DNA of 64,000 nt from the human T2T-CHM13v2.0 reference genome, Homo sapiens (GCF_009914755.1 NC_060925.1); one strand, 5' to 3'. Positions 1 to 16,454 are shown, numbered from the stretch's first letter. Made by a program: numbers and translations. Notes: a model not told the origin generated them from the letters alone.

Positions 1-1210
1 TCCCAAGTAGCTGGGACTATAGAGGCATGCCCTGATATCCCAGCAGGACTTATTTCTTCAAGTGCATATTTAAGAAGTGGAAGAAAACTATATGATCTGC
101 TTTGTTTGCATTTCACGGCACGTGTGATCAGGACAGTGCAAACTGTTGTAGTGATGTGGAAGGGAGAAGCAAGGTAGAACTATCATAGGAATTGTTCCCC
201 ATCCTTACCATCTTCTTAAAATAAGTAATGGCACCAAACTAAAATGAGCTCTTCTATAGAGAAGTGTTACCTTTATCAAATATCAAGTTGTCTGCCATAA
301 ATAAGTCATGCCTTCAAGGAATTTATTACTTTTTTACCAGATAACTCACTCTGACCTGTGATAGAGCAGAGTTAGAACATTCATGCTGAACTGTGATGCA
401 GCTGAGACTGAGAGGGAAGCAGCAGCAGAACTCTGCAAATGTTAGACTAAAGGAAATTACTCACCAGAGAGAAGTATCACATGTTATCTCTTTCCTGCTC
501 TCTCCTTCTCTTAACAAGGGTGATAATGAGCATAGTGGATTTACTAACTAGACACCAGTGATCAAGTAGGTCGGAAATTAAGCCTTTGTAGTTGACAAGG
601 AAACTAAAGTGGTTAGCTAAGGTTAAAAGACACAATATAAATTTATTTCGGCAAATAGTTGTGGTCTCATAGTAAATTTATGGTAATGTAAGGATTAAGA
701 CTTGTATTTCCATGAAGGCAACCATTTCTGACCTAATGACTATATCTTAAACATATTGAATGATTACTTAGTATCCATATTACTCATCAAGGTACGAGGG
801 TGGCCATATTTAAATCCACTGAGGCCATTTATTTGTATGAACTATAATATAATTTGCCAGCCCAAATGTTCATTGTGTGTCAGGACAAAGCAAAGTTCAC
901 AGGTACTGTGTGTTGGGTGGTTATCAGTCTAAGAAAATTTTTGTTTGTTGTTCTGGAAATGTTATTTTCTGACATTTTGACAGAATATAGAGGGTGGGAA
1001 GGTAATGAAGGGATAAAATAAGTAAAATTAAACTTTACTTTAAGTGACCTGACTGGATTTTCCTTTCCTTTTGTACTTTAAGAATGAAAGAGAGTGACTT
1101 AGTTGATGGGAACTACACTAGGTCTTAAGCAGACAACATTAATACATTTATAAAATAATTTGAGCATAAATCTGCAGTATATTGTGGACTACTCCTCAAC
1201 CACATTACAA

Positions 1211-1375
1211 TTTTTTTGTTTTTTTTTTTGAGACAAGGTGTTATTCTGTTGCCCAGGCAGAGTACAGTGGTGTGATCATGGCCCACTGCAGCCTTGACTT
1301 CCTGGGCTCAAGTGATCCTCCTGCCTTAGCCTCCCAAACTGCTGGGGTTACAGGCATGAGCCACTGTGCCCAGCC
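1211..1375 (-). mobile_element. Alu monomer (FRAM/FAM-like)
   Basis: Single arm with T tract. Confidence 0.75.
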
Positions 1376-1565
1376 TGTTACAGTTATTGACATTGTTAAG
1401 AATCATCTCCACGTAACAACTCTAACATTATTTCTTCTATTATATCAGAAATTGTCTATAGAAGATAGCCATGTGTATGCCATATTTTTAAATCTGCATG
1501 TCAGGGGCAAGGATTTTATTGTTTATTAAAAAAATAAAGAACTGCCTTTTAAAAAATAGCTTGTT

Positions 1566-1920
<355 letters not shown>

Positions 1921-1924
1921 TTAA

Positions 1925-2182
<258 letters not shown>

Positions 2183-2646
2183 TGATCACTTTAATTCTTA
2201 GCTTTTATGAAGTAATACTTTTTGACTTTGGGTTCAAAGCCAAAACAAATCTGGTCATTGAAATTTCAGAGTTGCGAAGAATTTGCCATTTCTAAGCCAG
2301 GTTAGCTGTGGTGTGGAAATGAAAATGTATGTATAGATACAGGAAAATACAGATCTATCCTTCCACAACAGTTCAGACTTCTGCAGTTTACACCAATTAT
2401 CTGTTGGGAATATGTTTCTCTTTTAGTGTATTAAGACCTTCCCTATTCAGATAGATTTCCCAAAACTATGCTGTTGTTATTTCTTTTTTTAGGTTGGCAC
2501 TAAGATAGATGAAAGGCCCCTGAGACTGAATGAAACATTAGAGTTTGTATTAACTGGGAAGATTCTCTCTGTAGAATCCCTTTATAAAGCTTTCTCTGGA
2601 AGGCAGTAAATATTAATAGTGTTACAGTCTCACCAATGCAACACAG

Positions 2647-3187
2647 TGTAGTGTCTGTTATTGTGAGACATCACCCAGAGTTGTTTGTCTCATGACCAAG
2701 AGAATTAAGGAGCATGGTCACAAAGGGTGAGGTTGGAGCAAAAGTTTAATAAGCAAAAGAATGAAAGCTGTCTGCCGCAGAGAGGGGGCCCAGAAGAGGG
2801 TTGCCATTTTTACAGTTCAATGCAAAGGCTTTTATACGAAACTGATGAGGGCTGGGCGTCTCATTTACATAAGGTGTGAATTTCTGGTACCTCCACCCCG
2901 TCCTGCTAGTGTACATGTGGGCCCTTAGCTTGAGTTACTCCATAATGCTTTGTTCCCCTTACTGCACATGTGTTAGGGGATGGAATTTTCCATTGTGGCC
3001 ATGTCTGGGCAAGTCATCTCTGTAACCTGTCTTATCTGTGTGGCTGTGAGCATGTCTTAGGCAAGCTTCCTTGTCTAAGTTCCCTTATTTGTGCCTATAG
3101 CCTGAAAAATCAGGCTTTTGTTTGAAAGGATTCAACTGAGGCCCCACCCTAGCTGCCTGCCTGACCAGTTTCTTCTTTCTCCTCTCA
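2647..3187 (-). mobile_element. Solo ERV1 LTR (MER83/MER84-like)
   Basis: TG...CA ends, 4-bp TSD ACAG/ATAG, TATAAAA and ATTAAA on the - strand. Family name from recall. Confidence 0.75.
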
Positions 3188-4248
3188 ATAGGTTCATGAT
3201 TTTACCAATTGCATTTAACATATCATGTCAGAATTTTTAAAAACATGAGACTAGTAAATGATGTGATTCAAAAGCAACTCAGATGAACTTCTAAGGAGCC
3301 GTAAGATACAAAAATAAAATTTCTCACAGCAATTTTTTCTTACCCATTCTTCATATTTTGGCCATAGACTTATTGTCCTTTCTCCCTTATCCCTATTTCT
3401 GCTTTCTATCAGATCCCTTTAATTACTCTCCTGCTATAAAATTTTTGAGGCACTTTTCCTAAGTATGGAAGAGATAAGTTGCTTATCCTCTAAGAAAAAA
3501 GTTGGAGTGTGTCTGTGTGTGTGTTCCTATACTGAAATTTCCAGCTCTATCATATCATTCAGTTTGTCATTTTTGTCAAGTAATATATCATGCTATGATG
3601 CTCCTTTCTCCCATTACAAGGAAGGGTTAACACATGAGAGATCTATTGTTATTGTTGTTGTTTCCTTGCCAAGTAGTTTCTAAATTTATATTAGCATTTG
3701 CAGTTACTGAATTTATATTAGCATTTGAAGGAGCCCAAAGTTTGCTTTTTAGACTTAGTGGCAGGCCAAATGACTTAGTATTTTGAATGCTGTTTTGAAA
3801 TTATTTGGAAATAATAGATTGCATTGAATACTTCAAATAAGCTTCCCTTTTAGGTTATCTTTCTTCCTTTTTTGAAAACCATCTATATTGGACTTCCTGT
3901 TATATATTATAGTTACATAACCTGCTTTATTAACTTTTATCAATTTGTATTTTTATTAGTGACTCTTTTATTCTCTCATCTCTTTTGTGTTATTCATCCA
4001 CCACAAACAACTAGAAAGTTACCTGTCCTGTTGATTCCTATTTCAAAATCTGGCTCACATGGTCTGTTTGTTACCATTTTCACTATAACTGATCTGTTTC
4101 AGACCCTGACCATCCCTAAACCAGGCCATTACATCAGTCTCCCATACATTGTTAAGACCTCTGGTCTTTCCCCCACTTTCTTCATCTTGTTACAAACTAG
4201 TATTGCCAGATTTTCTTAGAATACCTCATTGACTTTCTGTTTTCTAAG

Positions 4249-5287
4249 CAGTGGTTTTTAGCATGTGGTCTGTGGAATGCTAGATCTCCAGGACCCCCCC
4301 GATCTGATAGTTTAAAACTATTTTTTATAGTAGAACTATAAGACTAATTATGGTTATTCAGTCTTGGTTATATGGCAGACATTTTCTGAAAAAAGGAAGA
4401 CATAAACTTATCACTTCAGGGAAACAACCAAGAGTATTTATTGCTAATGATAAAATTTAAGACTAAAAGCAAAAATTAGAATGTTAGAAAATTTGCATCT
4501 GCAACTTTGAGCTTGGCAGCTTCCCAGTAGTACTTGAAGTCTTTTCTGATGAGATCAAAACTTTTCTGAAGATTGATGAATGTGACTTTTTTGATATTAT
4601 ATAATGAAAGGTGTCAATATTTGGAATATCTGCAAATCTGAATGAACCAATATTTTTTAACTGATCGGTGCATGATGTTTATAAACTCACATACATGGGG
4701 TGAAAGATGCACTCAAAGGACAAGGTGGACCAGTGGTTTTTGATGTAACAGAATACGAAAAGTTCATTGATTTGGTTTCAGATTACACATTGTATACTAA
4801 CTTTTGAAAAGCAACTGCTTGTCAGGTTTGGTATAGTATTAACGAAGAATATTCATAGTTATTTGAAAATATTATTAAACCACTCTTTCCTTTTCCAACT
4901 ACATATTTGTGAGTCCAGATTTTCTTTGTGTATATCAACCAGAAGAACACAAAGCAATAGATTGAATGTAGAAACAGATATAAAAACCTTGCTGTCTTCT
5001 ATTCAGCCAGACTTTAAAGAGATTTGCAAAAATATAAAAGAGTCGCTCTTTTAATTTTTTTTGAAAACAGTTACATTTCATTAAAAATGTGTTACCTATG
5101 TTAACATGCAGTAGGAGTGTTATTGTTAAATGAATTCATATTTTTTAAATTTCTCAGTTTTAATTTCTAACATGGTAAATATTGATATAACCCATATAAA
5201 CCCATATTGATATAACCCATATACTGAAGTCCTCAGTAATTTTAAAGCCTAAAGGAGTCCTGCAGTCAAGAAAGTGGAGAATTGCTG
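4249..5287. mobile_element. hAT-Charlie DNA transposon relic (Charlie1-like)
   Basis: CAGTGGTT..-type terminus and degenerate transposase-like sequence (ggcagacattttc..cacttcagggaaacaac). Confidence 0.7.
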
Positions 5288-8262
5288 GTCTACAGAATAA
5301 TACAGTTTTAAAGAAGTATTTACAAAGAGATCCATTGACTTACCTCTGATTCTTTTTAATGTTTCTAAAATTTAATTTTTGTAATGAGGCCAGCATTCAT
5401 TGTCCTTAGTATCCTCCTAGGAATGGACAGAGCAAATCCAAAATTGTTTTCAGTTTTGCTATTAAGATTCTTCTGTGTGATTCTAAGTTAGTTATTCTTT
5501 TCTCTAGTGAATTTTAGATACTAAAAATAATTGGAAGTCAGAAATTAAAAGTAAGTCACTAGAGCAAAAAATAAGATAGGATTGGCAAGGTGAAATGGGA
5601 CAAAAATCTGAGCTTGTCCTGGTAACGTGTATAGTCTCAGTATACAGGCCTTGCTTACTTGCTTTTAAACCTTCATTTAGCCCTGGAAATGAGAACATGA
5701 TATAACATAACCTATATAAGTTAAATATAGGTTATTTTAAAAAACATAATTTTATTACTTAAAATGCCTTTTAGATAATAGAGAAGTGCTAAAAAGAACA
5801 GAAACTATCACTTTTTTTCTTGTTTTTTTTCCCCCCTTGGTATACATTCTCATAAAATGACCAAAAATGGGCATTAGAAAAAGAAGCTGTAAAATCTATA
5901 GGATGGCTAATAAATCCCTCTGTTTAGACAGACATAATTTTTTTTTAATATAGAAGCATTGCTCTCTATTTCATTGTTCTCTATTTCTTCTTATCTTTAG
6001 CACTAGAGGGGGATGGTTCGGGGTTCCAGAATGTTTTTTTGAGACATTGTCTTGTTTTCACAATACCATGAAGAAATTAGGAAAAGGATTAGGTTGGACA
6101 AAGGGAGAATATTAGACAGTGAGGCTTTAAGAGAATTTATTAGGATCTCACAGAAAAGAGAATTTAGATTTTCTTAAATTCAGTGTTGATACAGATTTAT
6201 ATTTTGTCAGGAAACCTGGGTTGTGCTATTAATCAATATCCTGTATTAAAATTTTTATGGACAGGGTTTATCAGTGTTTTCTTGCTAAAGTTAATTTACA
6301 GTAAAGCTTACAGTACGCAGTTTAGGTCACCCATGGCTAACTTATATAATAAAGCTAGTTATTTGAATGACCATAAATTGTCTAATTTTGTCAAAGTTTC
6401 TAATTGTTTAGACCACAAAACTATTCATATTTCTACATAAAGTAGATGCATCTTTTTCTGTTGAAGTCGTCTTGGTATTTGACTCTAAAAATAGGCCTAC
6501 GTGTGGTAAAATTGTAACCCATATTTTTGTCCAAATCATGTGAAGAAAATTGGTTTTGACATGGCTTTTAAATGTAGGCAAGAATATCCTATATATGTAC
6601 AAAAGGATTAAGAGTCAGTTTCATTAGAGCTTTTTTGTGATAATTTTGAGATTTTGAAGTCAGAAGAAAACTTTGGAAGAACTAAAGATGCAGTTCTAAC
6701 ATAAAATAATTTAAGATGCTTAGACTACAAGGGGAGGGTTGAGGGTAGGGGAGAGAGGGTTGGTGTAGATTGGAGATGCTACAGATGTAGCATGTAATGC
6801 TGTGCATAGTGCGGAGGAGATACAAACAGAAAATAAGGGAAGAAAAGACAAAACAGTGAACTTCTAAGAATTAGTAACATGTCTAACCAAGCCCTAATAA
6901 CACTGTTGGTTCTTGGACCTTGAATTATCTTTGGGGGGAGTTGATAAACCCCCAAACATGCAGCGCAGTTTAGATAGCCTTAGAGAGGACAGGAAGTTAA
7001 ACCAGAAGAAACAATGAAGACAATATTGAACACATAAAGGGATTTATAAACAGAGACCTACGTAGTTCTATGAAGAGAGACATATAGCAACTGACTTGTT
7101 GCTAACGTTCTACAGAACTCCAGCTATAATTATGCATATTTGGTTAATTATAATGTAAGACACCTAGGAAATTATTTGCCTTTCCTTGAAGTCAAGCCAG
7201 TGCCAGTAATATACCTATCATCCTGTGACAAAAGACAAAAATTTTACAGAAAGCAGTGATAATGAAAAATACTCATATAATAGATATAATGTACTTTTTT
7301 ATGATTTACAACTCCCCTGCCCTCATGGGTATTGGTTTTCTAATCTTTTCAATTTGAGTTTTTACTTTAGCATAATAACTAAGTAATGATAATGCATGTT
7401 AAGTAGTCTCTATAGTATATTCCTGAGAAGAATTAGTTCCTCATGCCTGAAGAACTTTTAATATATATCGAACTGTCATAAAAGCTTTACTTAATGGAGC
7501 TAATGTGTACTTATAAATTAAAATATGTGCCCAGTTCCAGCAGCCCAAATGAGTAAACATTTTATATCAAAAAAATTGAAAATGACAGAGATGTTAGTAA
7601 CCACTTGGTATTTTATAAGGAAATGAGACAGTTGGGAATTGCTGAGACATTTTGCTTTAATATCGGGTACCTCCACCTTTAAGAAACATCATGGTAATAT
7701 ATTTAGATATTTTCTTAAGAAAATTATTTTCCATGTTTTTAAGATCTTGCTGGCCTCTAGTGGTAATACGATGCTGTTGTTTAAACATTGTCAATTCCTG
7801 TGAGTGTAAAGCCATTTGGAAGGCCTAGTCTGCTGATACATTTACTCTCAGAGTTCTGGGTTAACAGTGTTCTCAAAGTGTACATGTAACATCATCTTTC
7901 TCCTAAAGACTAGGGAAGGTGTCTGAGTCACTCTGCTTCTGTATTTTAAACGATACTGGTTAAGCTCTGAAGCAACCTCTCATTATTATAGTTTATATAC
8001 AGTGGTAATTACTATGTAAAGTTTGCACTAACAGTTCTTCCCAGAGTGTTTCAGCCCTCTTCTCTGAAGGTCATAGGGCTATTTTTTCCTTATTCTGTAT
8101 ATAATAGTTTTCATTTTCTTAAGAGGAAGCTTTAAATTTACCATTGAGATTCGTGTTTAGGCTCACCTCTTTATTTGATTTGGAAGAATTTTACATTTGA
8201 AATACTGGTTTACTAAGCAAGATAATGATTTGTCACTTTTGTTTTTCCCTTTTCTCATGCAG

Positions 8263-8390
8263 ATGTGAAAGGACCACCCACCCACCGTCTGTCTTGTGGT
8301 CAGTCACCCTACACCGAGACAACAACGTGGGAGCGGAAGTATTGCATCCTCACAGACAGCCAGTTGGTATTGCTCAACAAGGAGAAGGAG
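8263..8390 (+). CDS. RASAL2: RASAL2 internal coding exon (likely exon 2 of long isoform), 128 nt, phase 1 to 0
   Basis: Pyrimidine tract + cag acceptor (AG 8261-8262), donor GAG|gtgaga at 8391. Translates (D)VKGPPTHRLSCGQSPYTETTTWERKYCILTDSQLVLLNKEKE, matching the RASAL2 N-terminus as I recall it. Confidence 0.93.
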
Positions 8391-8705
8391 GTGAGATGGA
8401 TATTATTCAGGAAAGTTAGTTTCCTTTTCTGAGTAAATTCCTGAAATTACCTAGTTTTTGTTTGCATTTTGAAAAGTTGGATTATAAAAATAAAGGCTTG
8501 ATGAAGATATAGGTAAGTCTAAAAGGCTGCTAATGTCATAAAGATATGTTATCTTCATGAAGGAGTGGGTTTCACAAGATAGGGCTGGATTTTCACTAAG
8601 AAACAATGGAAGAGATACTGAGTTAAACTGAGGAGTTTGGAATGGGAAGGGGTTGGATTATATAGGCCTGGCCCTGCAAATGATCTCGAGGGGCCATTGG
8701 GAATT

Positions 8706-9213
8706 ACATCAGTACTTCCTAGCAAAAACAAATGTCATTAATTGGATTAATTGAAAGAGGTTTATTGGAGGGACTATTTGCAGATGTGTGGGCAGCATAA
8801 AGGACCTAACTAAGGATGAGGAAGCACCCACGAGCTAGCAGTCGCAGAAAGCAGTTATCACCCTGGGCTTCCAAGGCAAGGGAAGAAAGTGATGTTTCTG
8901 GAACCTAGAGAACTGTAGCTGCATGAGAATGCTGCTTGACAGTTGCTGTGGTTATGCACAAAAGAACACAGTCTCTATACCAAACAAAAATGGCCAGCAG
9001 GGAGGAAGTAAGACAGAATAAACACTCCAACTCTTTTCTTCTGCCTTCTGATTTCTTGCCAGTGTCACCTACTGGCCAAATCTAACTCGAAGGCAGAAAA
9101 AGATTGCTTTTTGATGTATTCTGTAGAGGTCAGCTTCCTGAAACATGTAACAAGGTCAAGAAGGGCAGAGAGTAGAATAGATCTGGCGAGGTAGACAGAA
9201 TGTAACCAGGACA
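8706..9213 (-). mobile_element. Old ERVL LTR (LTR33-like)
   Basis: Resembles the reverse complement of the LTR33 consensus as recalled; boundaries approximate. Confidence 0.6.
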
Positions 9214-9800
9214 GGCATCTAGTTCTAGGTGTACTTTCTGTTCTTCTAAATTAAAAAACTCTTAAACTTATCACATGCTATTACTATTTTATTCCTCAAA
9301 CTGTTACAGTTTACAAATCCTTCCACAGCTATCTCATTTATTTGCTTATTGGTGATTAATCAGGTAATTGATATTCTGATCTGGTATGATAAAACTACTC
9401 TGTAAAATCATCATAATTCCCAATTTCCACCATATAAAAAAATAAGTGAATATAATATTGACAAAGAAGAGGAATAATGAAAGGGAAGGAGAAGATATGA
9501 TTCAATGAAGGAGAAAGATTAATTGCCAAAACTATATAAATAACTAGAAAGATGTAGGTAGAATATCCATTCAGTAAGTCACCTTCCAGAAAGGTGAGTT
9601 CAAAAGAAGCAACAGGAAACACATTTCTTAATTCTCCTCTGTGGATCCCTACCTCCCCTTTCTCTTCTCTTGCTCCTCCTTCCTTCCCTGTTCCTTCTCT
9701 TACCTATCCCTTCTCTTTCTCAGCATTTTTTAATGTGGTAACAATACTACCAATAAAACAATTCCAGTTTCTTCTTGTATTTTAATAGGCATTGCTACTT

Positions 9801-10119
<319 letters not shown>

Positions 10120-11118
10120 GGCATTGCTACTTCCAAGAGGCTTGTTAATATGCCTCCATGAAGAACTTGCTCATTCTTTTTCTCTTGCCATTGAAAATAT
10201 CTTTTACTTTTGTTATCATCTCCCTACCTGTAACCCTTTTCCAGCATTTTAATATTCTTAAATTTAATTTTATTAAAATAACTGAATAAAGGCCAGACTT
10301 TTCTAGAACAAGTTGTGTATGTTGCTGTGTTTATATTAAGTAGATAATAAAAATTGGTAAAGTGAATATTAGTATAGAACATTTCTAATTATCCAAACTA
10401 TTCAAAATCTTCATTTTAACCAAATGTACTGTCAGCAGTCTTTTCTCAGAGCTATTAGTAAGGAGTAATATAAACAAATCATTTGCCATCTTTTTGCCCT
10501 TACCTACATTTTATTCAATTTAGTACTGTAAGAGATGAAATAGCTTTAAGTATAGATAGCAGAAAGTCAGGAAGCATGCCTTTTCCAGAACCAAGGTGCA
10601 AATTAGTCAATTGAGTTACCTGCGCTTGGGCCACCTTTTGTCTCATAATATAACTGTCCATGATAAATAATTTTCTAAAACAACATCTTATGTCCTTTAT
10701 CCCTTTTTATACCAGTCATCATGAGTAACCCTAAACACCTGGGTAACCCTCATCCACCACGCTGTATGTACTCTCCCTATGGCTCTGTGTATTCTCTTTT
10801 CTGACACTGTCTTCCACTTGTCCTTCTCCACCTCTTGAAACCCTTTCACTGTGTCCACTGCAATTCCAGGTTCATCATCAGCAAAACCAGCTGTTTCTTC
10901 CACCTTTTCTCTGAAGGGGTCCCTTAACTTCTTAGTCTTACAAGAACTGAGATCTTCCCTGAAGACACTATCTTCCATTAAGTTTTGTCAGTGGATGGCC
11001 GTTTTTCCTCATACCATAATGTCTGTGATAGCTGTCTTCCTCTTTCATGGCTGCTGTCTATTCTCCCCTGTTTTCCCTAAAATGTCCAAACTTTGAGTCT
11101 CACATTATAGTTATCTTC

Positions 11119-11424
<306 letters not shown>

Positions 11425-12048
11425 TAACCTTCCTCGTCGTTTTTTGTTGATTCTATCCCCTGGGCCATTATTATCTCCAAGACTACTCCAGTTTTAATTT
11501 TTTACGATTCTGATATCCATAGAGAGATTTTTCTTTTGTAACACACTAGCTGTCAGTTCCTTGAACTTTTTCCTCTCTAAGGATCCCACCTTATTGCTAC
11601 AACTCCTTCATATTCACAATTGTGTGCATATTACTCTTTGACTAATACCTTCTATCTTTCTAGCTCATTTCTTATTTCAGCAATCCTTCAACCCTTCTGA
11701 GACCTAGGACCCATTGATCCTGTCACCTTTTCTGGCTTTTATAAAGCCTCTGATGTCCTCTCTCTCCCCTGAGTTCCATGGTCAGTCATTCTCATCACTC
11801 CTTTGCATACTGTTTCCTTGCCCTTCCCTTGCTTCATCATACACACTTGGCAAAGTGATAGCTGAAGTGAATCTTACTCTTTATCTAGTCTGCCCAGTAT
11901 CTATGCAGCTTAATGTATCTGGAGAAAATTACACATACCATGCTGCCTGGTGTTAAACAAATGGCTGCAAACCTCATATCAGCCCATAATGCTGCTTGGC
12001 AATCACAAAACATTTTCCCACTTCAGTTACTGTCCCACTCTCCTGGAC

Positions 12049-12960
12049 TAGTGCTTCACATTCTATCTGTGGTAAAGTACCAGTTTCCTCTCCACCCACC
12101 TTGTTGTGATCAATAAAATACAATAAAGTGGATTGTTAAGAAAAAAATGAAAAAAAAAAGTAAAAATATAATCCTACTCCTGGCTATCTACCCAGAGGAA
12201 AATAAGTCGTTATATAACAAGGATATACATGTTTACAGCACACATGTTTACAGCAGCACAATTCGCAATTGCAAAAATACGGAACCAGCCCAAATGCCCA
12301 TCAATCAAGGGGTGGATAAAGAAAATATGGTGTATGTATATACTGTGGAATACTACTCAGCCATAAAAAGGAATGAAATAATAGCATTTGAAGCAAACTG
12401 GAAGAAACTGGAGACCATTATTCTATGAAGTAACTCAGGAATGGAGTATGTCCTCACTCATAAGTGGGAGCTGAGCTATGAGGATGCAAAGGAATAAGAA
12501 TGATAACAATGGACTTTGGGGACTCAGGGGAAAGGGTGGGAGAGAAGTGAGGGATAAAAGACTGCATATTGGGTACCATGCACACTGCTCAGATAATGAG
12601 TGAACCAAAATCTCAGAAATCACCACTAAAAAACTTATCCATGTAACCAAACACCACCCATTCCCCCAAAAACCTATTGAAATAATAATTAAAAATTTAA
12701 AAAATATATAAGACCAAATTTTTATTGGGTTTAACAGACATTAAATCACAATTCAGTTAAGTATGTTCAGCATAATCATAACATAGGAAAAGAAGGAATA
12801 GAAGGATAAAAATTGTATATATTCATGGAAAGTAGGCTGTACAAACCCACTGATCACACCAAGCATGCTGCTTCTCGGTTTCTGTACTATTTTGTTTATT
12901 GTGGACTAGTCACAATTTGCAGATAGCACAGGAGCTTGAACTACACTTTGAGTAACACAG
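12049..12960. mobile_element. hAT-Charlie type relic nested in L2 and itself interrupted by L1PB
   Basis: Termini tagtgcttcac... and ...actttgagtaacacag; degraded 8-bp TSD tcctggac/tccagaat. Confidence 0.5.
12170..12705 (+). mobile_element. L1PB-type 3' fragment
   Basis: ORF2 C-terminal remnant (EYYSAIKRNEI) plus L1PB-like 3'UTR and A-rich tail. Confidence 0.8.
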
Positions 12961-13290
12961 TCCAGAATAATTTCTAAGAAGATGTTTTTCATACCTTCTC
13001 CTGTTTCCTCAAACTGCCAATCTCTTCTTTATTATTCCCACCTAGAGCTGATTACTTTGCTTATTACTTCACTGAGAAAATTGGAAAATTCACAAGAGAA
13101 CTTCTGCACACTCCATTACTGTATCTGCCTAACAGCAACTGTTTCCTTCTACCCTTATTTTACTTTTTTAACTGTGATTGAGCTGTCCACTGTGGTCAGC
13201 CCTTCTGCTTGTGTTCATTCCATTATTTCTTGCCTGTTCAAGGATATATCACTAGCAATTCTCCCCTACCATTTTTGAAAAACATTTTAG

Positions 13291-13649
<359 letters not shown>

Positions 13650-15301
13650 TTTTTTTCTCATCTGAAAAAAACAAAGCCTGTATTAACCTCACTTGTACCT
13701 CCAGATACCACCCCTTTCTCTTCTCTCCTTTATAACACAAATTCTCAAAACTTCTATGCTCATTGTCTTTAATTCCTGTTCTCCTTTAAATCTATTTCAG
13801 CCAGACTCTTACCCACATCACTGCCAGAATTGTGCTTGTTAAGCTCACTAGTGACCTTCCCATTGTTAAATTCAGTGGTCAGTTCTCAGTTCTCATCTTA
13901 ATCTGTTAATGGCATTTAGTAGAGTTGATCACTCATTTCTTCTCCTAAGGTCACTTTTCCTATTTGGCTTCCATGACACTGTGTTCTTTTTCTTTCCTGC
14001 CTCTCTGGAAGTTTCTTTTGAGTCATCTTTACAGATTTCTCTTCTTCTCTTCAAATCTTAACATGGAAGCGCCATGGGACCTTATTTCCTTAGGGATCTC
14101 ATCTCATTTATAGTCTTGAGACTATAAATGTCCTCTAATGCTGATGATTCCTTATTTTATATCTTAAAACTACATATCACTGTTCTCTCTCTCTTCAAAA
14201 GATGGAGTCTCACTATGTTGCCCAAACTGGTCTGTAACTCTTGGGCTCAAGTGATCCTTCCACCTCAGCCTCCCAAAGTGCTGGGATTACAGGCATGAGC
14301 CACTGCACCAGGCCATCTCTCTTCTCTAGACTCATATATCCATCTGTGCATTACACATCTCCACTTGGATATGTAAGAGTCATTTTCAACATGCCCCACA
14401 CTTCAGCCCTAATCTTCACTTCATGACTTACCATAGGTAAGTTATCTCCATTAATGACAACTCCATCCTTCCAAGTTTCAAAGGCCAAAAGCTTCCCCAA
14501 CGTGCTACTTTCCAGACATACTGTCTTCATCGTTATTTCATGAGTACATCAGGCATGTTCCTCCCTAAGGCCGTGGTCTTGGCTTTTTCTTTGCATGGAA
14601 CATTCTTCCCTCTTATATTTACATGGCTCATTTTCTTACCTCCTTCATCTCTTTGCTTACATACCACATACTTAGTAAGGCCAACCCTGACCTATTTTAA
14701 ATCACTACTGCTCCCCACATCTGTATCCAGAACTTCTGACCTAATTACCTGGCTCTAATATATTTTTTATAGCATTTGCCACCTGCTAAAATGCTATATA
14801 ATTTATTTATTATGTTTACTGTCTCTCATCTCCTACTGGAATATAAGCTTTTGAGCAAAGATTTTGTTTGTTTTGTTCAAGGATGTATCCACCAGTTCTT
14901 AGAACAGTTCCTGATGAAACATAGGAAACTCTCAATAAATATTTGTTGAATGAATGTTGCAAAAGCCAAATTAAAAACTTTTATTTCTGAATGTCTATTT
15001 CCTTAATATAAGTTGAATAGAAAATATCTTCTATCCTTTCTTTCCATGATATATCTACCCAGAACATGTAACTTAATTCTTTATTTTTCTAAAACTAATA
15101 AAAAGAGAAAAATAATTGATGCGGTGCTTTTCCACAGTTGAATACATGATTCCATCTTTATTTATTGAGCACCTATCATTATTTGTAGTATTGTGGACAC
15201 AAAGATGCAGTTTTGTTGAGAGGTAAAATAAAGTTAAAACCATTTGGAATTAGACAGCAGTGGTAGTTGCACAACGTTGTGAATGTACTAAATGCTGATG
15301 A

Positions 15302-15675
<374 letters not shown>

Positions 15676-16454
15676 AAGTTTAGTTTTTAATTGTAATATA
15701 ACCATAAGAGATTAACTGAGATATGGCCTAGGATGGATTATAGTATGGAGTGGAGAATGCCAAAAAAGTGTTTTACAGAGAAATTTATGCTTGGACTGTA
15801 TCTTAAGGGACAAATAAGGGCTCATGAGGAGAAAAAGAAGGGAAGGACATTCTGAGTGTATATAATGATACAAAGTCAAGAAACATATGTCTCTTTGGCA
15901 AACTGAAAAATATTCAGAGTTCATGGAACATAGTTTGCAAGAGGAAAAGTGATAGCTAGCAAGAACTAGGTAATGAAGAACCTTGAAGGCTATGATGAGG
16001 AATTTGGATTTTATTCCGGAAATGATCTGGACCAGGGAAAGGGTATTTAGCAAGGTAATGACATCATCAGATTTGCTTCTTAGAGAAGTAACTCTGTGGA
16101 TTATATGGAAAATGAAGTGAAAGGGATTAGAAGCAAATAGATGAGTTACAAGATTGCTGCAGTAGACCAGGTGAGGAATAATGAAGGGATAAATTTACAA
16201 AACAGTTTACAAAAACAGTTTAATGCCCTCAGACAGGTGTTTATGTTCTGCCATTATTATATGGGGAAAATTGAATTAAATCTCTAGGAAAAGAAAATGT
16301 GAAGCCATTGCTTTACATTGCTTTACTTGAATAAGTTTGATTTTCTGTTAATTTCATTACATGAAAAGATTATAAATCAATTTCTTGTGTAGGAACCAGA
16401 ATATGCTGTCACCCTTCTACCTTTCACCCACACTTAAGAATTATAAAGAATGTG

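Noticed and set aside
8225-8419. 64-aa ORF overlapping exon 2
   Set aside because: It is in a different frame from the spliced RASAL2 coding frame and runs through both splice sites.
10697-10978. Hydrophilic 93-aa - strand ORF
   Set aside because: It overlaps degenerate L2-like sequence, with no splice or homology support.
12706-12960. Possible 3' transduction after the L1PB fragment
   Set aside because: Better explained as the remainder of the hAT element into which the L1PB inserted.
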